From NCBI GenBank assembly GCA_963816605.1, contig CAWFLF010000013.1, positions 8,347 through 72,346 on the forward strand: a stretch of 64,000 nt of DNA, given 5' to 3'. The stretch is from an uncultured Actinomycetes bacterium (GTDB taxonomy: Bacteria; Actinomycetota; Thermoleophilia; Gaiellales; Gaiellaceae). Positions within the stretch are counted from its first letter, which is position 1. The number at the start of each line of letters is the position of its first letter. The notes beneath the pieces are model-generated. The model did no database searches. It was not told the DNA's origin and saw nothing but the letters and a program-made list of their open reading frames with translations. Shown piece by piece: positions 1-8,793 of this stretch. The position numbers and the translations under genes were made by a program.

Positions 1-1114
1 CCCGCACTCCGTCCCGCGCCAGGTCGAGATGGAGGATCGCCGTCCGGTCGGTTCCGGGCGAGCTCGGCGGGAACACGAAGTTGCCGAGGCTCCAGGCCAC
101 GAGTGCGCGCCGCGTCGGGCGGACGATCGCCTGGAGCAGGTGCGAGTGCGATCCGAGCACTACCTGCGCTCCCGCATTCAGCGCCGCGGAAGCGAACAGG
201 CGCTGGCGGTCGTTCGCAGTGCGCGCCAATTCCTCGCCCCAGTGCATCCAGACGAGCACGACGTCCGCACGACGACGTGCCGAGAGCACGTCTGCTCGGA
301 TCGCCGCAACGTCCGCAGGTGCGGTACCGCCGAGCGACCGCGCGGCGGTGAAACCTTCAGGGCGGACATCCGAATAGGCGAGGAAGGCAATTCGCATGCC
401 ACCGCGTTCGACGATCACCGGCCGCCGGGCTGCGGTTAGATCGGCGCCGCCGCCGACGGTCGCGATGCCGTTCTGCCGCGCGATCCGCAGAGTGTCGAGA
501 AAGGCGATCCGTCCGAAGTCGAGCGTGTGATTGTTCGCGACGTTCACTACGTCCAACCCGGCCGCGCGGCGCGCGCCCGAAAGTGCGGACGGCGGTCCGC
601 GAAAGTGGAATTGCTTGTCCGGGACCGGCGTGCCGCGAGTGGAGACGGCGCCCTCGAGATTCGCGGTCGCCACGTCTGCGCTGCGCAGGATGCGACCAGT
701 CGACTGCCAGGGATAGGCCGGTCCTCTTGTCGCGATCGCCTCCGCGACCCGATTGCCGAAGGTCACGTCGCCGACGGCGGCCAATCGCAGTGGTCGGACG
801 AGCACCGTGCCGAGGGTGATCGCCTCATCACTCGACGAAGCGGTCACTCGGTGGACGCCCGGGCGCGCAAGCACAGAGCGGACCAAAAAGTTGCCGTCCT
901 CGCCGACGGTCGTCGAGTAGATCGTTCCGGCGCCTCGCTTTACCTCGATCACGGTTCCCGGATCGGCGGTGCCACGAACCGTGAGCGTGACACCGGGCGC
1001 CAGCCACGTGGGCAGATCCGTATCGAGCTGAACAGCCGGCGGCGCCGAGCTCGCGCGCGTCGCGCCCGTGAGCGCGAATGCGATCGCAACGACGATCAGT
1101 CCGCGTTTCAGCAT
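1..1114 (-). CDS. CapA/PgsA-family (poly-gamma-glutamate synthesis type, metallophosphatase-like) protein; C-terminus lies beyond the window edge
   Basis: Not in the ORF track because it is open at the window edge. My minus-strand translation from ATG (complement 1112-1114) gives MLKRGLIVVAIAFALTGATRASSAP (signal-like), then LAAVGDVTFG, ANLEGAV, GLDVVNVANNHTLDFG, RIAFLAYSD, VVLVWMHWGEE, VVLGSHSHLLQ and SLGNFVF. No stops down to position 2. Confidence 0.8.
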   Translation of the reverse strand, partial: MLKRGLIVVAIAFALTGATRASSAPPAVQLDTDLPTWLAPGVTLTVRGTADPGTVIEVKRGAGTIYSTTVGEDGNFLVRSVLARPGVHRVTASSSDEAITLGTVLVRPLRLAAVGDVTFGNRVAEAIATRGPAYPWQSTGRILRSADVATANLEGAVSTRGTPVPDKQFHFRGPPSALSGARRAAGLDVVNVANNHTLDFGRIAFLDTLRIARQNGIATVGGGADLTAARRPVIVERGGMRIAFLAYSDVRPEGFTAARSLGGTAPADVAAIRADVLSARRRADVVLVWMHWGEELARTANDRQRLFASAALNAGAQVVLGSHSHLLQAIVRPTRRALVAWSLGNFVFPPSSPGTDRTAILHLDLARDGVR

Positions 1115-1238
1115 CCGGCCATCATGCTCGTTCAGGGGCGGCTTCCCTCGGTCGAGGGAGCGCGGCGCAAGTTTGGCGGGCTGATGGCGACTGTTCAACC
1201 ATAGGCCGCAACTCCCCAATCTTGAAGGGATTTCCAAA

Positions 1239-1874
1239 GTGCGTAGACGATTGAGCAGCATGACCCGTCGTTCGCTGGTCGGCGCGCTCGTGGGTCTCGC
1301 GTTCGCCGCCGCCGCGGGCGTCGGACTTGCGCAGGTCACGACCGACTCCACTCCGAGTGTGGCCGTCGCGAGCACGACCGAGTCCCAGACGACCTCGACC
1401 CAGACGAACGGCGATTTCGCAGCCAAGTCCGGTGACGAACAGGAGTCCGAGGACAGCGACTTCGACTCGAAGTCCCACGAGAACGAGCATCAGACCTCGA
1501 CGAGCGTCAGCACGACCTCGACGACGCCGCTGACCACCAGCACCACGGGCGACGCCGGCGACGCTCAGCAAAAGATGGACGTCTGCCACAAGACCGGATC
1601 CGGCAAGGAGCACACGATCAACATCGCCGCTCCCGCCGTTCCCGCCCACGTGGCGCACGGCGACACGCTGGGCGCATGTGCGGCGGCCGCCGTCGCGACG
1701 ACTTCGCAGTCGACCACCACGACCGCGACGACGAGTCACGGGCAGAAGACGCCCAAGCCGAAGAAGCAGCACAGCTCGAACCACAAGAGCTCAGGCCACT
1801 CCACCCACGGCAACTCCAGCCACGGCAACTCCGACCATGGCAAGGGTGGCGGCGGCAAGGGCCACGACAAGTAG
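1239..1874 (+). CDS. Secreted low-complexity protein: Ser/Thr/acidic-rich, Cys-flanked CHKTGSGKEHTI...AHVAHGDTLGAC module, His/Gly-rich tail
   Basis: Track ORF of 211 aa. GAAGGGA lies 8 nt before GTG 1239 (alternative ATG at 1260). Signal-like LVGALVGLAFAAAAGVGLAQV. C-terminal HKSSGHSTHGNSSHGNSDHGKGGGGKGHDK. Followed by a clean terminator. Confidence 0.65.
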   Translation: MRRRLSSMTRRSLVGALVGLAFAAAAGVGLAQVTTDSTPSVAVASTTESQTTSTQTNGDFAAKSGDEQESEDSDFDSKSHENEHQTSTSVSTTSTTPLTTSTTGDAGDAQQKMDVCHKTGSGKEHTINIAAPAVPAHVAHGDTLGACAAAAVATTSQSTTTTATTSHGQKTPKPKKQHSSNHKSSGHSTHGNSSHGNSDHGKGGGGKGHDK

Positions 1875-1895
1875 ACGCCAGAAACTCCCGGCACC

Positions 1896-1930
1896 GAGAG
1901 CCCCGGACTGCGGGGCTCTCGTCGTTTTCG
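1896..1930 (+). terminator. Intrinsic terminator: 10-bp perfect GC-rich stem, 5-nt loop, U-rich tail
   Basis: GAGAGCCCCG-gactg-CGGGGCTCTC (1896-1920) followed by GTCGTTTTCG, 22 nt after the stop at 1872-1874. Confidence 0.75.
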
Positions 1931-1948
1931 GGGCGGTACGCTCCGCCG

Positions 1949-3301
1949 GTGATCCGCGAACTGATCGAGGCGCGTTCGGGCGAGGAGTACGACCTCTACG
2001 CGCGCACGATCAACCCGCAGTTCATGCGGGTGCTGAAAACGATCGGCTTCGATCGCGTCTGGTCACGCGCAGAGGGCCAGTACCTCTATGACTCGGACGG
2101 CAAGCGCTACCTGGATCTGCTCGGCGGCTTCGGGATGTTCAATGTCGGGCGGAACAACCCGCGGGTTCGCGCGGCGCTGATCGAGTCGCTCGAGCTCGAC
2201 ACCCCCGGCTCGGTCCAGCTCGGTGTGTCCCTCCTGCCCGGATTGTTGGCGGAACAGCTGCTCGAGCGCACGCCCGCGAGGCTCGAGCGCGTGCTCTTCA
2301 CCAGCTCCGGAACCGAGGCCGTCGAGGCAGCGCTGAAGCTCGGGCGCGCCGCGACGGGGCGCTCACGTGTGATCTCGGCCGACCACGCATTTCACGGGCT
2401 GACGCTCGGTGCGCTCTCGGCGAACGGCGACCCGCACTTCGTCGAGCGCTTCGGTCCTCTGCTGCCGGGGTTCTCGCAGGTTCCGTTCGGCGACCTCGAC
2501 GCCCTCGAGCGCGAGCTGCGCAGCGAAGACGTAGCGATCTTCCTCGTCGAGCCGATTCAGGGGAAGGGCGTGAACCTGCCGCCGGACGGCTATCTCGAAA
2601 GTGCGCAGCAACTCTGCCGCCGCTACGGGACGCTCTTCGCCGTCGATGAGGTGCAGACCGGTTTCGGGCGCACGGGAAAACTGTTCGCCTTCGAGCACTG
2701 GGGGCTCGAGCCCGACCTCGTCACGGTTGCGAAGTCCCTCTCGGGCGGCTACGTCCCCGTCGGTGCGCTGTTGATGTCGCAGCACGTGTACGACCAGGTC
2801 TTCGATTCGCTCGAGCACTCGGTCAGCCACGGCTCGACCTTTGCGCCGAACGATCTCGCCATGGCCGCCGGCCTCGCGACCTTGCGCGAGCTGGACGACG
2901 CCAACCTGGTCGAGCGGTCCGCCCAGCTCGGCCGGCGGTTGCTCGAACTGACGCGATCGCTCGTGGAGAAGCACGACGCTGTGAAGGAAGTGCGCGGCCT
3001 CGGGCTCATGTGGGCGATGGAGTTCGGCGAACCCGAGTCCGGGAGCATGGCGTGGCGCGTGATGGAGCGTATGCAGGCTGGGCTGTTTGCACAGCTCGTC
3101 GTCGTCCCGCTGTTCACCAAGCACCGCATCCTGAGCCAGGTTGCAGGACACGACCTGCCGGTGCTCAAAGGCCTGCCGCCGCTCGTTCTCTCGGAGCAGG
3201 ACGTTGACGACTTCGCCGCCGCGCTCGACACGGTGATCGCAGGAGCCGGGCGGCCAACGCGCGTCGCGGGCCTGGCCCTCAGAGCAGCGAGAGCTCGTTA
3301 G
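1949..3301 (+). CDS. Class-III (PLP) aminotransferase, acetylornithine/putrescine aminotransferase-like
   Basis: C-terminal 450 aa of track ORF 1676-3301: LLGGFGMFNVGRNNPRV, FTSSGTEAVEAALKL, FLVEPIQGKGV, FAVDEVQTGFGRTG, VTVAKSLSGG. GTG 1949 is the first ATG/GTG/TTG after the upstream gene's stop. Confidence 0.85.
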   Translation: MIRELIEARSGEEYDLYARTINPQFMRVLKTIGFDRVWSRAEGQYLYDSDGKRYLDLLGGFGMFNVGRNNPRVRAALIESLELDTPGSVQLGVSLLPGLLAEQLLERTPARLERVLFTSSGTEAVEAALKLGRAATGRSRVISADHAFHGLTLGALSANGDPHFVERFGPLLPGFSQVPFGDLDALERELRSEDVAIFLVEPIQGKGVNLPPDGYLESAQQLCRRYGTLFAVDEVQTGFGRTGKLFAFEHWGLEPDLVTVAKSLSGGYVPVGALLMSQHVYDQVFDSLEHSVSHGSTFAPNDLAMAAGLATLRELDDANLVERSAQLGRRLLELTRSLVEKHDAVKEVRGLGLMWAMEFGEPESGSMAWRVMERMQAGLFAQLVVVPLFTKHRILSQVAGHDLPVLKGLPPLVLSEQDVDDFAAALDTVIAGAGRPTRVAGLALRAARAR

Positions 3302-3651
3302 GGGTCGGTGATCTCGGAGCTGCGCTCGTTGATGCACTGGCGAGCCCAGATCTCCGCGAGCGTCACGAGCCGCTCGCAGAATTCCTTCCGCTCGCCGGGA
3401 TCACTCGGCACGTTCTCCGGTGATACGGAGACGCGGACCTGGTGCAGCACGATCTCGGCATCCTCAGAGATCTCGTGTCGCTGCTCGCCCACGATCGAGA
3501 CTTCGCCGGCCTCGGGCACGAGCAGCTTTCCGAGCTCCTCGAGCTCTGCAGCAGTTGCGTCGCGTCCCGCGAAGATGCCGAAGTTGACCCGGATCTCGAG
3601 GCCCGCGGGCTCGTGCTCCTTGACGAAGGCGATGACATTCTCGACCTGCAT
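3298..3651 (-). CDS. Hypothetical acidic cytosolic protein (117 aa), last gene after the ABC-2 exporter
   Basis: Track ORF. Non-shadow-like composition (K, E, I, F, N present). Its stop overlaps the convergent aminotransferase stop by 4 nt. No family recognised. Confidence 0.5.
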   Translation of the reverse strand: MQVENVIAFVKEHEPAGLEIRVNFGIFAGRDATAAELEELGKLLVPEAGEVSIVGEQRHEISEDAEIVLHQVRVSVSPENVPSDPGERKEFCERLVTLAEIWARQCINERSSEITDP

Positions 3652-3681
3652 TACAAGCCGTATTACCAGCCGGGGCCGTGC

Positions 3682-4428
3682 CTAACCCTCTCGTGGCTCC
3701 CAGCGGAAAGTGCGCAATGCAACAGCCATGCCGAACAGCCCCCAGCCCACAAGCATGGCCACGGCTACGGGCTTGTCCCAGAACTGCTGGCCGTGCAGAT
3801 AGATGCCTTTGATCAGGTCGAGGAGGTACTTCAGCGGTAAAACGGCGCCGATCGCGCGGAGCACCTGCGGATAGTGCCGGGTCGGGCCGAAGGCCCCGGT
3901 GAGAAAGGCCATCGGCAAAACGATGACGTTTAGGACAGCGGACGAGCCTTCGACCGAGCGGATGAAGCCCGTGATCGCCAGGCCGAGCGCTGCGAACGTC
4001 GCGGCTCCGAGCGCCAAAGCCGGTATGAGCGACAGGAGATGGCTCGGCCACGGAGTCGACTTCAGCAGGTGGCCGAGTGCAAAGAGCGACGCGACCTGAA
4101 TCGCGTAGACGATCATGATCGAAACGATGACGGCCGTGAGATAGACGGCCGGTGGAAGAGGAGTGGCGCGGATCCTTTTCAGGATGCCGAGCTCGCGTCG
4201 AGTCACGAGTGTGATCGCCAGGCCCGAGAACGCTGTATTCGCCGCGCCGTAGCCGATCATTCCGGCGAGCAGTCCCCAGGCTGCGGCGCGGCCCTCGATG
4301 CGGCCGTTGTAGACCGCAGTCAGAAGCGCGAAGAGCAGGATCGGGAAGAGGAACACGAACACGGCTGCCTCGCGGCTGCGCCAGAAGAGCCGCTGCTCCG
4401 ACTTCACCTGATGCCGAAAGAGCCTCAC
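3682..4428 (-). CDS. ABC-2 type transporter permease
   Basis: Track ORF of 248 aa with about 6 hydrophobic segments and an N-terminal MRLFRHQVKSEQRLFWRSREAAVFVFLFPILL typical of ABC-2 permeases. 4-nt overlap with the upstream ATPase gene. Confidence 0.8.
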   Translation of the reverse strand: MRLFRHQVKSEQRLFWRSREAAVFVFLFPILLFALLTAVYNGRIEGRAAAWGLLAGMIGYGAANTAFSGLAITLVTRRELGILKRIRATPLPPAVYLTAVIVSIMIVYAIQVASLFALGHLLKSTPWPSHLLSLIPALALGAATFAALGLAITGFIRSVEGSSAVLNVIVLPMAFLTGAFGPTRHYPQVLRAIGAVLPLKYLLDLIKGIYLHGQQFWDKPVAVAMLVGWGLFGMAVALRTFRWEPREG

Positions 4429-5273
4429 TCTTCGGGCTCGACCGTCAGCGCGAGGTAGACGTCTTCCAGCGTCGGCCGCCGGACCGAGAGATCTTCGAGC
4501 TCGTGTCCCTCGGCCAACGCCTCAGCCGTCAACCGCTGCAACAGCTTCGTGGGCTCGGTCGTGCGCAGCACGACCTCGTTTCCGTCCTTGCGATACCGGA
4601 CCTCGGTCTCGCTCGAGCCCCCGGTCAGCTCCGCTGGTGTGCCTTCGCGAATGATGACGCCTTCGCGCAGCACGGCTAGTCGGTCGGCGAGTTGCTCCGC
4701 CTCGTCGAGATAGTGCGTCGTCAAGAGGATCGTCTTGCCGAGCGACCGCAGCGAGCGGATCATGTCCCATGCTGCGCGCCGCGCGGCAGGATCGAATCCG
4801 GTCGTGGGCTCGTCGAGGAAGACGAGATCAGGATCGCCGACGAGCGCGACGCCGAGGTCGAGGCGTCGCTTCTGTCCGCCTGAGAGCGTCTTGACGCGTG
4901 CATCGCGCTTTTCGGCGAGCCCGACCAGCGCGATCACCTCCTCCGCGTCGCGCGGATGCTCGTAGTAGCCGGCGAATAGTCGGTGCGTCTCCGCGACCGT
5001 CAGGTTCGGCCAGAGCTGGGACTGCTGCAGCACGACGCCGATGCGCTCCCGGAATGCGGAGCCGGCGCGCTCGGGATCGAACCCGAGGACCTCTACATCA
5101 CCATCGTCCCGTGTGCGGTAGCCCTCGAGGATCTCGATCGTCGTCGTCTTCCCGGCCCCGTTCGGGCCGAGCAGGCCGAAGACCTCACCCTCCTTGATGT
5201 CGAAGCTGATTCCGCGGAGAGCTTGATAGCTCCCGTAGGACTTCTTCAGGTCACGGACGGCGATCGCGCTCAC
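4425..5273 (-). CDS. ABC transporter ATP-binding protein (DrrA/ABC-2 exporter type)
   Basis: Walker A GPNGAGKTT, signature LSGGQKRRL, Walker B LVFLDEPTTGFD, H-loop LLTTHYLDEA. Confidence 0.9.
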   Translation of the reverse strand: MSAIAVRDLKKSYGSYQALRGISFDIKEGEVFGLLGPNGAGKTTTIEILEGYRTRDDGDVEVLGFDPERAGSAFRERIGVVLQQSQLWPNLTVAETHRLFAGYYEHPRDAEEVIALVGLAEKRDARVKTLSGGQKRRLDLGVALVGDPDLVFLDEPTTGFDPAARRAAWDMIRSLRSLGKTILLTTHYLDEAEQLADRLAVLREGVIIREGTPAELTGGSSETEVRYRKDGNEVVLRTTEPTKLLQRLTAEALAEGHELEDLSVRRPTLEDVYLALTVEPEE

Positions 5274-5298
5274 GGCGCGAGCACGTTAACCTCCGGCG

Positions 5299-6609
5299 TC
5301 AGCTGCCGCCTACGACAAAGCGCCGGACGGCCGGCCGACTGTGGTTGCCGGCCCGATCGATCGCGACGATGTTGAGTGTGTGCGTTCCTCGGCGCAGATC
5401 CGCGACTCGAGCTGCGTTCAACTCCGGGTAGATGCTCTGCGTGATCGAGACTGACGGCGCGCCGTCGATCGACATCCGGTATTCGGCAATGCCGCTTCCT
5501 CGTTCGTTCGAGTCGCGCCACGTCACCGCTGTGTCGGCCCAGCGCCGAACATGGGCTCCAGGAAACACGATTGTCGGCCGTTTGGGCGGCGTCGTGTCCG
5601 TCCAGGCGAAGCGCAGTCTGTACGAGGAGCCGATCTTGCCGAGCACGACGACCCGGAACGCTCCGGGCTCCCCGAACCGGTCGCCGGCTTGCAGCCACGG
5701 TCTCCCGTGGCCGACCGGGTCGAGGATCAATGCGTTCGAGAGACCTCCGTATGACGACAATCCTGGAGCGATGGTGGGGCTCGGGCCGGCGTGGACGAGC
5801 AGGCCGGCCTGCATCGGCCCGGCTCCGGTCGTGTCGCGGGCGGAATCGCGTCGGACTTCGAACCAGTAGCGGTTGCGTGTCGTCGTGACGACGAGGCCCT
5901 GCGCCTGGCTCGACGGCACCTCGATCGGGGCGATCGTGTAGACGCCGGGCTGCGAAGGGCGCGTCACCCGCGTGATCCATCCGAGTAGCCATTTCTCGTA
6001 CGAGTCGAAGTCGCCCGTCCCGCTGCCCATCGTGTCGTATGGATCGCCGTAGTTCACGACGCCGCAGGGTCTTGGAGCGCACGACCACGCCTGCGCGTGC
6101 GGTAGTCCGAACGTGTGGCCGAGCTCGTGCGCTGTGTTCGCGACGGTCAGTGTCCCGTTGAGCAGCGCTCTCTTGCCCCAACGCGATCCTGCCCAGGCGC
6201 AAGTGTTCGTCGGGAAGAGATAGATGATCCTGTCGTAGGCCGCCGAGTCGTAACCGGCGGCCCGCGCGGCGTCGTCGGCTGGGTACGCGATGTTGAGCGG
6301 GTTGCACTGGGGAGCCTCGTCGTAGGCGTGAACCCACGGCGTCAGGGTGGTCTTGAACGAGACGCGCCCGAACGACGACGCCCGGAAGAACGCGTCGACC
6401 TTGTCGATGACCTGTCTGACGTCTTCGGTGGCAAAGGGCTTGGGGCCCCACGTCGCCCTGATCACCAACAGGCTTTGCTCACCTGAGACCACCGCGATAG
6501 CCGGCGCCGACCCCGAGAGCGCAGCAACCGCGGCGGCGAGCAGAAGGAGCCGCCGGGCCACCCTGTCATCGTAGAGGATCCGTCTGTGTCCACCACCGCC
6601 GTTTAGCAT
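5299..6609 (-). CDS. Secreted zinc metalloprotease (metzincin-type HExxHxxGxxH) with a C-terminal Ig-like/beta-sandwich region
   Basis: HELGHTFGLPH motif and the signal-like RRLLLLAAAVAALSGSAPA. The start could be an internal GTG a few codons downstream. Confidence 0.75.
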   Translation of the reverse strand: MLNGGGGHRRILYDDRVARRLLLLAAAVAALSGSAPAIAVVSGEQSLLVIRATWGPKPFATEDVRQVIDKVDAFFRASSFGRVSFKTTLTPWVHAYDEAPQCNPLNIAYPADDAARAAGYDSAAYDRIIYLFPTNTCAWAGSRWGKRALLNGTLTVANTAHELGHTFGLPHAQAWSCAPRPCGVVNYGDPYDTMGSGTGDFDSYEKWLLGWITRVTRPSQPGVYTIAPIEVPSSQAQGLVVTTTRNRYWFEVRRDSARDTTGAGPMQAGLLVHAGPSPTIAPGLSSYGGLSNALILDPVGHGRPWLQAGDRFGEPGAFRVVVLGKIGSSYRLRFAWTDTTPPKRPTIVFPGAHVRRWADTAVTWRDSNERGSGIAEYRMSIDGAPSVSITQSIYPELNAARVADLRRGTHTLNIVAIDRAGNHSRPAVRRFVVGGS

Positions 6610-6617
6610 CGGGTTCC

Positions 6618-7457
6618 GTGGCGAGATTCCGCTATGTGCTGGCCGATGTCTTCACGAGCACCGCGCTCGAGGGCAACCAGCTCGCAGTCTTCACCGACGC
6701 GCGAGAAATACCCGAGGAGCTGCTGCAGAAAATCGCTCGCGAGATGAACCTGAGCGAAACCGTGTTCGTCCTGCCGCCCGAAGCCGGCGGGCATGCGCGG
6801 ATTCGCATCTTCACGCCCGTGGCCGAGCTGCCCTTCGCGGGACACCCGGTCCTCGGATCGGCGTTCGTGCTCGGGGCGCCGCTCCAGCTCGTCGAGATCC
6901 GCCTCGAGACGCAGGCGGGAGTGATTCCGGTGGCGCTCGAGCGCGAAGGCGCGCGCATCACTTTCGGCCGGATGCAGCAGCCGATCCCGAACTGGGAGCC
7001 GTTCGAACAGGCCGAAGAGCTTCAGGAACTGCTCGGTGTGCGCTCACAGCTTCCAGTCGAGGCCTACGACCTGGGACCCCATCACGTCTTCCTCGCGCTG
7101 GGCAGCGAAGCGGAGGTCGCGGCGCTCGAGCCTGACTTCGGCGCGCTCGGGCGTCTGACGCCGCTGGGCGTCAACTGTTTCGCGGGCTCGGGGACGAAGT
7201 GGAAGACGCGGATGTTCGCGCCGGCGAGCGGTGTCGCGGAGGATCCAGCAACGGGCTCGGCGTGCGGCCCGCTCGGCATCCATCTGGCCCGTCACGGCCG
7301 CATCGAGTTCGGTCAAGAAGTCGAGGTGTCGCAGGGCGCCGAGATCGGAAGGCCCTCGACGCTCTATGTTCGCGTGGACGGATCGACGGAAAAGATCGAG
7401 CGCGTCGAAGTCGGCGGCTCCGCGGTCGTCGTCGCGCGCGGCGAGCTTCGTCTCTAG
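6618..7457 (+). CDS. PhzF-family isomerase
   Basis: MARFRYVLADVFTSTALEGNQLAVF...LSETVFVLPP...TRMFAPASGVAEDPATGSA, typical PhzF family. Confidence 0.85.
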   Translation: MARFRYVLADVFTSTALEGNQLAVFTDAREIPEELLQKIAREMNLSETVFVLPPEAGGHARIRIFTPVAELPFAGHPVLGSAFVLGAPLQLVEIRLETQAGVIPVALEREGARITFGRMQQPIPNWEPFEQAEELQELLGVRSQLPVEAYDLGPHHVFLALGSEAEVAALEPDFGALGRLTPLGVNCFAGSGTKWKTRMFAPASGVAEDPATGSACGPLGIHLARHGRIEFGQEVEVSQGAEIGRPSTLYVRVDGSTEKIERVEVGGSAVVVARGELRL

Positions 7458-7486
7458 AGCGGACGTGCTCCCTACAGCTACGTCTC

Positions 7487-7499
7487 GGTGTCGGACACC
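7487..7499. repeat. 13-bp palindrome GGTGTCGGACACC (copy 1 of 2; extended repeat CGTCTCGGTGTCGGACACCGTG)
   Basis: Read directly. Lies in the 179-bp gap between two convergent gene ends. Confidence 0.7.
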
Positions 7500-7586
7500 G
7501 TGCCGTTCGGCTCACCGTAGAGTCCCGCACCCGGCGCGATCGCTGTAGTCAGGCCGTTTCCCCTCGAGTCACGCCGGACACGTCCT

Positions 7587-7599
7587 GGTGTCAGACACC
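7587..7599. repeat. 13-bp palindrome GGTGTCAGACACC (copy 2 of 2; extended repeat CGTCCTGGTGTCAGACACCGTG)
   Basis: Exactly 100 bp from copy 1. 19/22 identity over the extended repeat. Confidence 0.7.
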
Positions 7600-7636
7600 G
7601 TGACGCAAGTGTGTCGTACGTTCCACAACGGACCTC

Positions 7637-8020
7637 CTAGAGAAACGTCACCGCCTCGATCTCTGGCAACTCGGGTACGAGCACGCGCCAGAAGATGCCG
7701 CCGTTCTCCGACAGGTAGAGGCGGTTGCGTCCCGCGAAGAGCATCACGTCCGGATTGTCCTCGTCGATCGCGATCGCGAAGCCCGCAGGCAGACCGCCGC
7801 CTGCTTCACGCCACGTGCGGCCCGCATCGTTCGAAATTGCGAGCGGCGGGCGTCGCTCGACGACAGCCACCACCGTCGCACCTGCGGCTGCTGCTGCCAC
7901 GACGCGTGGAAGCGCGACGGGGACGCGCGGGGACTCGAAGTCCTCGCCCACGCCGATTACCTCCTCGGCTTCGATGTCCACGACGTACGTGCCGGACGCA
8001 GTCCGGACAGCCGCGGTCAC
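7637..8020 (-). CDS. Small protein (127 aa) with two Asp-box (BNR) motifs
   Basis: SNDAGRTW (aa 63-70) and SENGGIFW (aa 104-111) fit SxDxGxTW. Its GTG start overlaps the PfkB stop (GTGA). Confidence 0.6.
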   Translation of the reverse strand: MTAAVRTASGTYVVDIEAEEVIGVGEDFESPRVPVALPRVVAAAAAGATVVAVVERRPPLAISNDAGRTWREAGGGLPAGFAIAIDEDNPDVMLFAGRNRLYLSENGGIFWRVLVPELPEIEAVTFL

Positions 8021-8793
8021 GTCAGTCGTCCGCTGAGGAGCGCTCCGACGACGCCGGTCGCCTGCCGCGCCGCCGACACGGGCGCCAGGCCCTGAGCCCT
8101 GCCCGCCAGATAGGCCGCCGAGAAAGCGTCGCCGGACCCGGTCGGGTCGACTGCGACCGGCCAGGCGCCGACTTCTTCGGAGCGTCCCTGGTAGTACACG
8201 CGCGAGCCGCGTTCGCCGTACGTCACCAGAACCTCGGGCACGCCGAGCTTGTCGATCGCTCCGACGACCTCAGCTTCCTCCTCGGCCAGCTTGAGAATCT
8301 GAATGTGCTCGAGCATCGCCGGGTCGTAGTCCGCGTCGAGCCGCAAGGGCCCCGGTTCGGATGCGCGCACGAGTCCCTGGCCGTCGAATGAGAGGTGGCG
8401 CCCGCGTGCGAACGTGGCGAGCGTTTCTGCTGGGAAGTCCGATCGCAGCAACGGCGCGACGTGGATCCAACCTCCCGGCGGCACGACGGCGCAGTCTTTC
8501 GGTGTCCACGGGTCGCCCGGCTGCACGACGGTCATGATCCGCGTGTCGCCTTCGTAATGGAACGAGAACGAGGTGGTCGCCGTGCCCTCGAGGGAGACGA
8601 CCGGCAACCCGAGCCCAGTCAGATGCCGTGTGTAGGCGACTTGGTCCTCTGGCCCGCTGCGCGTGAAGATCGTGCCTCGCACACCGAGCACACGCCAGGC
8701 CCGCGCCGCGTAGTACGGCGCGCCGCCGATCCGCGGCTCTCCGCCGTCAACGACGTCCCGGGCGAGATTCCCGACCAGCGCGAGCGACGGCAC
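8017..8793 (-). CDS. PfkB-family carbohydrate/nucleoside kinase
   Basis: N-terminal LALVGNLARDVV and C-terminal VDPTGSGDAFSAAYLAG (PfkB signature 2). Confidence 0.85.
   Translation of the reverse strand: MPSLALVGNLARDVVDGGEPRIGGAPYYAARAWRVLGVRGTIFTRSGPEDQVAYTRHLTGLGLPVVSLEGTATTSFSFHYEGDTRIMTVVQPGDPWTPKDCAVVPPGGWIHVAPLLRSDFPAETLATFARGRHLSFDGQGLVRASEPGPLRLDADYDPAMLEHIQILKLAEEEAEVVGAIDKLGVPEVLVTYGERGSRVYYQGRSEEVGAWPVAVDPTGSGDAFSAAYLAGRAQGLAPVSAARQATGVVGALLSGRLT

Noticed and set aside
7591-7626. An 11-codon mini-ORF on the minus strand (GTG…MERTTHLRHGV*). AGGAGG lies 6 nt upstream and overlaps the stop of the Asp-box gene. The mini-ORF ends inside palindrome copy 2.
   Set aside because: The SD and spacing are attractive, but 11 codons in GC-rich DNA can easily arise by chance and nothing else supports it. 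It is mentioned only as context for the twin-palindrome finding.
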